Origin: Schmidtea polychroa
Taxonomy: Eukaryota
DNA length: 64,000 nucleotides
Assembly: GCA_044892525.1 (NCBI GenBank)
Contig: CM097886.1
Coordinates: forward strand, 48,856,001 to 48,920,000
Direction of reading: 5' to 3'
The position numbers and the translations under genes were made by a program. The notes beneath the pieces were generated by a model. The model ran no database searches. It was not told the origin of the DNA and saw only the letters and a list, made by a program, of their open reading frames with translations. This document shows, one piece after another, positions 1-8,966 of the stretch; positions within the stretch are counted from its first letter, which is position 1; the number at the start of each line of letters is the position of its first letter.

Positions 1-1890
1 TGTCCTCAAATGGGTGACCGTCCTAAAATTGAAAGTATTGGTTTTCCTTTTCTCGACTTCCTTATGAACTATTCATCAAATGTAAATTTTATAAATGAAG
101 TGTCTTTTTCCCTCAAATAAACCTGTCACACTCCCAACTTTAACAGAGGGATTTTTGACATTCAAACCTTCAAGGTGATGGTGAAGAGGAATTTATCAAA
201 TTTTCACTATAATTGAAACTGCAGCAGGTAAAGGTCTCGTTAGTCCTCAAATGGGTGACCGTCCTAAAATTGAAAGTATTGGTTTTCCTTTTCTCGACTT
301 CCTTATGAACTATTCATCAAATGTAAATTTCATAAATGAAGTGTCTTTTTCCCCACAAATAAATCTGTCACACTCCAAACTTTAACAGAGTGATTTTTGA
401 CATTCAAACCTTCAAGGTGATGGTGAAGAGGAATTTATCAAATTTTCACTATAATTGAAACTGCAGCATGTAAAGGTCTCGTTAGTCCTCAAATGGGTGA
501 CCGTCCTAAAATTGAAAGTATTGGTTTTCCTTTTCTCGACTTCCTTATGAACTATTCATCAAATGTAAATTTTATAAATGAAGTGTCTTTTTTCCTCAAA
601 TAAACCTGTCACACTCCCAACTTTAACAGAGGGATTTTTGACATTCAAACCTTCAAGGTGATGGTGAAGAGGAATTTATCAAATTTTCACTATAATTGAA
701 ACTGCAGCAAGTAAAGGTCTCGTTAGTCCTCAAATGGGTGACCGTCCTAAAATTGAAAGTATTGGTTTTCCTTTTCTCGACTTCCTTATGAACTATTCAT
801 CAAATGTAAATTTTATAAATGAAGTGTCTTTTTCCCTCAAATAAACCTGTCACACTCCCAACTTTAACAGAGGGATTTTTGACATTTAAACCTTCAAGGT
901 GATGGTGAAGAGGAATTTATCAAATTTTCACTATAATTGAAACTGCAGCATGTAAAGGTCTCGTTAGTCCTCAAATGGGTGACCGTCCTAAAATTGAAAG
1001 TATTGGTTTTCCTTTTCTCGACTTTCTTATGAACTATTCATCAAATGTAAATTTCATAAATGAAGTGTCTTTTTTCCCCACAAATAAATCTGTCACACTC
1101 CAAACTTTAACAGAGGGATTTTTGACATTTAAACCTTCAAGGTGATGGTGAAGAGGAATTTATCAAATTTTCACTATAATTGAAACTGCAGCATGTAAAG
1201 GTCTCGTTAGTCCTCAAATGGGTGACCGTCCTAAAATTGAAAGTATTGGTTTTCTTATTCTCGACTTCCTTATGAACTATTCATCAAATATAAATTTTAT
1301 AAATGAAGTGTCTTTTTTCCCCACAAATAAATCTGTCACACTCCAAACTTTAACAGAGGGATTTTTTGACATTCAGACCTTCAAGGTGATTGTGAAGAGG
1401 AATTTATAAAATTTTCACTATAATTGAAACTGCAGCAGGTAAAGGTCTCGTTAGTCCTCAAATGGGTGACCGTCCTAAAATTGAAAGTATTGGTTTTCCT
1501 TTTCTCGACTTCCTTATGAACTATTCATCAAATGTAAATTTCATAAATGAAGTGTCTTTTTTCCCCACAAATAAATCTGTCACACTCCAAACTTTAACAG
1601 AGGGATTTTTGACATTCAAACCTTCAAGGTGATGGTGAAGAGGAATTTATCAAATTTTCACTATATTTGAAACTGCAGCATGTAAAGGTCTCGTTAGTCC
1701 TCAAATGGGTGACCGTCCTAAAATTGAAAGTATTGGTTTTCCTTTTCTCGACTTCCTTATGAACTATTCATCAAATGTAAATTTCATAAATGAAGTGTCT
1801 TTTTTCCCCACAAATAAATCTGTCACACTCCAAACTTTAACAGAGGGATTTTTGACATTCAAACCTTCAAGTTGATGGTGAAGAGGAATT
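1..1890. repeat. Tandem satellite, 241-244 bp unit, ~7.8 copies visible (begins before the window)
   Basis: The motif CAAATGGGTGACCGTCC recurs with its ATG at 10, 251, 493, 734, 975, 1218, 1462 and 1705; units are near-identical. Confidence 0.97.
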
Positions 1891-1897
1891 TATCAAA

Positions 1898-2304
1898 GTT
1901 TGTGAGAAAGTTTAAAAAAGTTGTGAGAAAAAATCAGAAAATACATGAGTCATTGAATATAATTTTTGAGGCAAAGGACCTTTTGAGAACACTTATGCTT
2001 AGTACAGGGGTACATGTTTTTACAAAAGTTGAACAGATGGCCAAAGCTAATTGGCCTGAAAAATTGGGAGATAATGATAAAGTGAAACTGTATTTTAACG
2101 GGGTAGAAACGATGAATAACGAATATATAATCGACTATGGTGTAAACGTTATTGATAACAATATTATTTCTGCCGTAATAGAAAGGCAAGAAAATAATGA
2201 AATTGATACATCAATTCCATCAGTAGAATGGAGTATGAACGACGAAAATGACTATGACAAATTATTTAGATTGTGGGATGCTTCTTCAGGAGTGGCAATG
2301 AAGT
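1898..2304 (+). pseudogene. Left part of a decayed relative of the gypsy element (post-Gag region), interrupted by the insertion at 2305
   Basis: Translation (RKNQKIHES...QMAKANWPEKLGDNDKVKLYFNGVETMNNEYIIDYGVN...LFRLWD) aligns with the peptide encoded at ~5170-5540 of the intact element. Confidence 0.9.
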
Positions 2305-3316
2305 TGTTGGATTACAGGGGTCGAAGAATTGAAAAATTCGAGTTCACAAAGTATTATCAAACAGGCCCGAATCGATACCGGGTGAATATATTCGCAGAAA
2401 GAAGACTGTTCCCAAACAATCAAGCGTGATTTAACAATTACTATATTAAGAGACAAATGTGATTTAATCTTTCTAACAATAATGAATCTTTGGGATTGTA
2501 TATTTTATAACAATTTATATCCTCAGCTTTATTTTATTGTATATGGTATAAGCTGCATATTTTATTTTAGATTGTATCTTTCATTTTTTATATGCTGTAT
2601 AGATTCACTTTTTATTTTTTATATTGTAGTAATTCATATTTTATTTTTACAACGTAGTAATTTATATATCCTTTTGTACAATATATTATAATAATTTATA
2701 TTTTAATTACATTTAAATAATTCACAAAAAATATAAGTTCTGGGTAAATAAAAAGAAAGCAATTTGTTAAATAAATAAGAGAGGCCACAGTTGGGAAATA
2801 ATCCATATGTGGGTTCTGAGTAAATAAAAAACAATTTGTTGAGTAAGCAAGAAAGGTGGTTTTGAGTCCATTTGAATGTAAATATTAAATAAGAAATAAA
2901 TGGAATTTTATTAAATAAACAAAAATTCAGTATATATGCTGAACCAAAAATCACAAAATTCGCCCAAAAAATAAGCGATTAGTACTGCTTTAGAAGGTAA
3001 ATCCTTACAAAGCATAAAAATCAGACAGACACTACAAAAACGTCTAAAGGTTATCACAAGCAACACAACACGCACATATAACACGCACACACAAAACAGA
3101 ACACGCATCGTGAAAGTAAATCAAAAAGAGTTTGAAAGAGTTTGGAAACGAGAGATTGATTTTGAAGTTATTCAAGCCGATAATTTGAATTGGTAAAAAA
3201 TTTTATATTAATAAATTTTAGTTACAAATTTGGCCTTTGTGTTTTCATATTTATATATTTCTATAGTTATAACCAGTGCACGTTGGGTTTCAATAAATAT
3301 TATTGAGACCTCAACA
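2305..3316 (+). repeat. 5' LTR (1012 bp)
   Basis: TGTTGG...CTCAACA; direct repeat of 14672-15683 with about five substitutions seen by eye. Confidence 0.97.
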
Positions 3317-3318
3317 TT

Positions 3319-3336
3319 TGGTGCCGCGAACCGGGA
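3319..3336 (+). promoter_or_regulatory. Primer-binding site
   Basis: TGGTGCCGCGAACCGGGA starts 2 nt after the 5' LTR and is complementary to a tRNA 3' end (...CGCGGCA-CCA). The tRNA identity (His-like?) is uncertain. Confidence 0.85.
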
Positions 3337-3585
3337 CTTTTTAAAATCAAATATTATCAATTGGGGATAGGAATTGAGATCAGAGGGTTAGTGTAGTATA
3401 TATCAGGAAAATATATATATATAATAATACTATTGACCAATAATTTTTTTTGAAATTGAAAAAATAATTGAAAGTAATAGCTAGAATTTTGAATAAGATT
3501 TTTCATACTAATATAAATATTATCATACGAAATAGCGAATTCACCTGAAATAGTATATAATCTAAGAAATAGAAATATCTATAGG

Positions 3586-5319
3586 ATGAATCATAATAAT
3601 AATAATAATTTTATTAAAATATTACCAATTGAATCATATAAAGGAGAACCTGAAAAGTTCGACGATTTTTTCACTGAGATTGCCCAATATGCAGAGGCAT
3701 GTGGTTGGACACCAGAAGAGTTGAGAAAAAGAATACCATTATATTTAAAAGGGTATGCGTTACAGGCATACAATAATCTAGCATGTCGAGGAAACGATTT
3801 TGATGAATTAGTTCAGAATTTAAGAGAGGAAATTGTGATTGATAGTGATCTACAGAAAATAAACGTGCAGAAGTTTAGAAATAGATTTCAGAATCCAAGA
3901 GAATCAGTAGGCGAATACGTATATACAATAACTGAGTTAGCTAAGAAAGCATTTGGTGTGGGAGCGCACACCCCGAAGTTAATTGAGGATCAATTTTGGA
4001 ATGGAATACAGAAGTATTTATATAAAGCTTTGATTATGGTAGAATATGGTAATTTAAATGAATTAGTACAAAAAGCGAAACGAGTTGAAGCAATACAGAG
4101 AGATAGATTTTGTTCATCAATAGACGCGATTGAAATCCAAAAGCCAATGGAGGCAAAACCTGAATTGAGAATTAAGGATGACAACATCCCTTGGGAGGAG
4201 ATGAAGCAACTATATTTGAATTATGTCAAAAATAGACGAAAATTTAGTCCGAGTCCGAATAGAAGTCAATCACCTGAAAACAGGAGAAGGTTTGATAGTC
4301 CGAGAAACAGAGATTTCGGGAACCGAAATAATGTTAACTATAGAGACAGTCGTTCTGACTATAACAGAAATAATTTTGATGCGAGAGATAGTAGAGACAG
4401 TCGTTCTGACTATAACAGAAATAATTTTGATGCGAGAGACAATAGAAACAGTCGTTCTGACTATAACAGAAATAATTTTAGAGACAATCGTTATGAGAAT
4501 AATAGAGATAATAGAAATCAAAGAAATAGACAAGCGAGTCCATTTAAACAAAGTTTATACAGAGAGAGGCGAGCTAGCCCTTATAATAATGATGGAAGAG
4601 ATAGAGTAAATTTCCAAGGACAAATTAAATGTTATAACTGCCAGAAATATGGTCATTTAGCTAAAGTATGTAATAATCCGAGAAGTGAGTTACCGGATAG
4701 AGTGAGATTCAAAAATGAGCCTGAAGTTAAACAAATAAATAGCATGGAAGTTGCATCAGCAAATAATGATATAAATGTGTTGAGAGAGGAATTGAAAGAG
4801 TTTAAGACTCAATATGGGAGACTTATTGAGAGAAAATTAGAGATGTCGTTAAATGAATTTAAATGTTTTACAAATGAAGTAGATATTGATAATGAGGAAA
4901 TGAAAGAAGCTAGAGAAGCCGATGAGAAATTGCTTGCGACAGCAGATAGACAAAGAGAGTTAAAAGATGAGTTACAGGAGACATTAGAGAAGAGACCCTG
5001 GGATGATAATGAAACATTAAGAGTGATCAATAAAATTCAAGTAGAAGGAATGGATATGGGATATTTGAGAAGTCTAATACCGTTGATGGTAAAGAGACAA
5101 GAGGTAACACGAGTATTTGAATTAGAAATAGAGTTAAAAGAGATGATCAAATGTTATGGTGAATATGCGAGAAAAAACCCAAGATTACATGAGTCGATAA
5201 AAATAACAATTGAGTCAAAGGATCATTGTGTTTTCCAAGTGTTAGAATACCAGATAGGATTGCATATGTGTACAAAGGTAAATAAAGTGAGACAAATGGC
5301 AAAGGCAAAATGGCCTTGA
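3586..5319 (+). CDS. gag: Gag: retrotransposon capsid domain, Arg/Asp/Asn repeats, CCHC zinc knuckle and coiled-coil extension
   Basis: Capsid-type N-terminus (YKGEPEKFDDF...W...LYLKGYA...W-like helix, FRNRFQNPRESVGEY); CYNCQKYGHLAKVC knuckle at 4630-4671. Confidence 0.9.
   Translation: MNHNNNNNFIKILPIESYKGEPEKFDDFFTEIAQYAEACGWTPEELRKRIPLYLKGYALQAYNNLACRGNDFDELVQNLREEIVIDSDLQKINVQKFRNRFQNPRESVGEYVYTITELAKKAFGVGAHTPKLIEDQFWNGIQKYLYKALIMVEYGNLNELVQKAKRVEAIQRDRFCSSIDAIEIQKPMEAKPELRIKDDNIPWEEMKQLYLNYVKNRRKFSPSPNRSQSPENRRRFDSPRNRDFGNRNNVNYRDSRSDYNRNNFDARDSRDSRSDYNRNNFDARDNRNSRSDYNRNNFRDNRYENNRDNRNQRNRQASPFKQSLYRERRASPYNNDGRDRVNFQGQIKCYNCQKYGHLAKVCNNPRSELPDRVRFKNEPEVKQINSMEVASANNDINVLREELKEFKTQYGRLIERKLEMSLNEFKCFTNEVDIDNEEMKEAREADEKLLATADRQRELKDELQETLEKRPWDDNETLRVINKIQVEGMDMGYLRSLIPLMVKRQEVTRVFELEIELKEMIKCYGEYARKNPRLHESIKITIESKDHCVFQVLEYQIGLHMCTKVNKVRQMAKAKWP
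4342..4480 (+). repeat. 51-bp (17-aa) coding tandem repeat in Gag, ~2.7 copies
   Basis: RDSRSDYNRNNFDARDS / RDSRSDYNRNNFDARDN / RNSRSDYNRNNF. Confidence 0.9.
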
Positions 5320-6300
5320 AAAGTTGAAGAGAACGAAGTAATAAAGCTGTATTTTAATGGAGTAGAGTTGATGGATGATGAGTATTTGATAGATTATGGA
5401 GTGAACGCGATAGAGTGTAATACTATTTCGGCTGTAATAAATAATAAAGAAATTCCAGAGATTGAGGAACCAATACCATCAGTGGAGCTGAGTGTAAATG
5501 AGGAAACAGACTACGATAGATTATTTAAACAATGGGATCAATCACCGAGAGAAAGTGCAAGGTCACCATCAGGCAGTGAACTAATTTTTAAGCCTCTGGA
5601 TAACAAATATGATCATTTGCAAGAAGCGATAGAAAAGATTGCTAAACAAGCACAGATGCAAGATGCAGAAATCACAAGACGAGGTAGAGGAAGACCTCGC
5701 AAGTCTGAAATAGCTGAAAAATCTGATGATCGAAAGACAGCAGAGCGTTTGAGAGAAATTGCAAATAAAGTGAGACACGAGATTCCAAAGGCTCAAGACA
5801 ATCACGAGGATTTAAATATGATAATAGAAGTAATTAAAGCAATGAATCAGAAAAGGTTTCCTGAAGCAAAACCGACAGCATTAATTGAAAACATAGTTAA
5901 CAAAATTAAACTAATGGTAAAGGAGGTCAGGGAATTGAGCACAGAGGATTTCAATGAGGAGGCAGTATTAAAAATATTGTTCACAACAGGAGTAAACCGA
6001 GATAAAGTGATTACAGCAATGGCATATCTTATATCAAGATATAAGAAAATCATAAGATTAAAACCAAAAGAGCAATTAGAGGAAATAGCAAAGGTAATGT
6101 ATCAAAAACTCAAAATAGAAGCAATGCCGTGGATAAAACTAAAAGGGGGTTGGAAAACATTGTTTGATGAAAATATAATAGAAAAAGATAAGGAGAGTAT
6201 AGTCGAAAATGTGATCATTGAAGCAAATGATACTAAGGAAACAGTAAAAAGGTTAGTAGACAAAACAACAACAAAACAAGGTAAAAATGAAGGAAAATCC
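5320..6300 (+). CDS. Polyprotein segment with an AT-hook and a Bcl-2-family-like domain (in frame with Gag after one TGA)
   Basis: RRGRGRPRK at 5677-5703; BH3-like AERLREIANKV; BH1-like LFTTGVNRDKVITAMAY; BH2-like WIKLKGGWKTLF. Confidence 0.7.
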
Positions 6301-8200
6301 AAAGTTTCAATAATAATATTCATTATAACGTTATTGTTAGATCTGATAAAAGGAAGCAATGCAATAATTGCGTATGATTGTCAAAACCCTAAGTGGGGTC
6401 ATAAATATTCATTATTAGATGTAGTAAATTGCCCAGAAGCAAACCCAACAAAGTTAATTGTTACAAAACCAAAGGTTTTTCATGTTTATCAAGAGTCTGA
6501 TTTTATACACACCGAAGCAAAGGAGTGTATAGTAAAGTTTTCTGAGGAAAGTTTTGTATGCAATAAAATTGCCAGGACAATACTGACACCAACTTGGGCT
6601 CCAGAAGCCCTAATAGTAACACCTGGGGAATGTGAAAAAGCTTTTAAAACAAAAAAGATTAAAACACCTGATGGAATCGAACTGAACGCTCAAGTGGGAG
6701 CACGAGTGAAACAGTTAATAAACGTTGTCGGATGGTCATCAACGGGAGGATATTGTGAAGGAGGAAGTATAAAATATGGGGTCATGTGGCTGAAAATATT
6801 GTAGTGAGAAGACAATATTATGTTGAATTAAGAAAATTCAAGGCATCTTTTGACAGCTCATCAAAGAAAATGATGACGCACAAGTTTTGCACATTGGATG
6901 ATGCAAGCTGTGATACAGGAGAATCCATAATAGTGTATAAAATAGACAAATATGAGTGTCAACTTACTAAGTTAAAATCATTAATGTTCCGAACAATTCA
7001 AGGAAAGCAGTTTACTGACGTAGAATCAAAAAAGATAAGAGATCAAAAAAGAAAGACAACAATCATTCAGGAAAAAGATACCCCAACAATATATATGGCA
7101 GAATCAGAAACAGAAGCAATGAGATTCATGGGAAAAGGCGAAAGCATCAAATGTGGGAAAGCAGTTATACAAACTAATTATGAAGGTATCTATATTAGCA
7201 GAGAGGAGATCAAAGAAGCTAAACTAAAGGTCGATAAATTTGATGTTAAACTTTCCTCATATTTTAACAACAAAATTGACTACTTCTATCATCATCAGTT
7301 AGTACAATTAGATAAAGTGTATCAGGCTACGATTACAAGCGATTGTAAACTCAATAGGGAGATATTGAGAACAAAAATGGCGGTGGCTGTTACGAATCCA
7401 GATTTGATGGCACCAATATTATTTTCAGAAAGAGGAACGTTTGCCAGAGTAGTAGGAGAAGTGATACAAACATTTCAATGTAAACCAGTCAGTGTATCAT
7501 TAGCAACTAATAACCAATGCACTAACGAGCTACCAGTTATTTACAAAGGTGAAACAGTGTATTTACAACCAATAACAAGAATACTCACCGACAAGAATTA
7601 CGTGCCAAGGAAAATTGATAAATGTACAAATTTGCTAGATCCATTGTATAAACTAAATGATGAAATGTGGATCACAATGTCGGACAGAAAAGAAGCAACG
7701 AAACCATTTAAATTAGAACTAGCAGAGCTTGAAAAGAAATTAGAATTCCAAGAAGTTAATGAAATGGATAATAATGGCATGTACACAAGAGAAGCCATAG
7801 AAAGTGCAAGAAAACATATGTTGTTTCCCAACGAAAAAGAAAGGGTATTATCAATAATGGTAAATAAAGTGATTGAAAATAGTTATGGGGGAAATTATAA
7901 TTTCGATGTGTTATTATCAAAAGATCATTTCAAGAAAGTAGTATACCGAGTGTTGTACAGCATATGCGGATATTTTGCAGTCCTCGGAAATATGTTTTCA
8001 ACCATATTAGGAATATATTACACCGTGGCACTATTAAAAATGATTTGTTCATCATTAGTTTCATTACGACAGCTTAGACAAGTGTTCGGAAATTCGTTTA
8101 AAATGGTGGCATGTCTGTGTCCATTTATCGCCAAATATTTGATCACAGCAAAACATGATAAAGAAATAAGACTCATAAAAATTCAACGAGGAGAGGAGGA
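6301..8200 (+). CDS. env: Envelope glycoprotein of class III fusogen type (chuvirus/Mono-jingchuvirus G or herpes gB-like), with one frameshift at ~6780
   Basis: Signal-like VSIIIFIITLLLDLIKGSNA followed by IIAYDC; Cys-rich ectodomain; FQCKPV...CTNELPVIYKGETVYLQPITRIL motif; TM segment at ~7970-8065. Adding one G to the GGGG run at ~6778 joins the two ORFs (KYGGHVAENIVV). Confidence 0.8.
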
Positions 8201-8520
8201 ACAAATGCTAGGAACAGACAAAGACGACGATGATCCCAATAGACCCGGAAATAAACCAAATGGACCAGGGAATAATCCAAATGGGTCAGGGAATAGTCCG
8301 AACGGATCAGGAAATACAGATCTTACGCAGAATGGCTTCTATGACAACCAACAACAAAATGGACTATACGGTTATCAAAATCAACAACAAAGTGGACGTT
8401 ATAGTCAACAAAATCAACAACTGAGAGAAATGAGTAATATCAGTGATGTAAAGATACCGAGAAAAACACTTGGCTGTTATGGATTAGAGTCAGATATAAA
8501 TGATATATGGGAGGAAGCAA

Positions 8521-8966
8521 ATGAAGCAAGGCCAAAACTAAAAATAGTGATAAATAACATCATTATCAATGCATTAGTAGATACTGGTGCAGCAGCGTCA
8601 CTGATTAGAGAGGATCAACTAACAGAGAGTCAAAGGAAAAATATTTTGAGTACAAGAGACAGAGTGATATCATTGTCAGCACATCACATACCACTTAAAG
8701 GAGACATTGAACTAACGGTCCAATTTGCCGATCAAACAATTGACCACGTATTCAAAGTGACAGAGATATGTAGATCTATATGTGTCTTAGGAATAGACAT
8801 ACTGAGTAAATTAGATAACTGTGTAATTGATCTAACAGATGGTATAGTGAAAAAGAAAGCAATTTGTCAGGAAGCAAGATTTACAGAAGTGGTAGCATTA
8901 GAAGAGTTTGAATTAGAATACAAATGTGACCACATTATTCCTATAAAAGTTAATGTTAAAAAGTGA
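8521..8966 (+). CDS. Aspartic protease, in frame with the env tail
   Basis: INALVDTGAAASLI (DTG at 8580) and a downstream ICVLGIDIL motif. Confidence 0.92.

Noticed and set aside
1-1890. CRISPR array or C2H2 zinc-finger tandem gene
   Set aside because: Eukaryotic context with no unique spacers; the antisense frame has only vague THLRT/GEK-like bits with stops and no proper C-x2-C...H-x3-H spacing.
1872-2429. 185-aa ORF as a real gene
   Set aside because: It is a chimera of the satellite end, the relic retroelement frame and the LTR U3 codons, created by insertion.
2482-3108. Short ORFs inside the LTR (repeated at 14849-15475)
   Set aside because: AT-rich, hydrophobic-biased chance ORFs, duplicated only because the LTRs are duplicated.
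4223-4609. Alternative-frame and antisense ORFs over gag (also 4270-4551 on the minus strand)
   Set aside because: By-products of the coding tandem repeat and the codon bias of gag.
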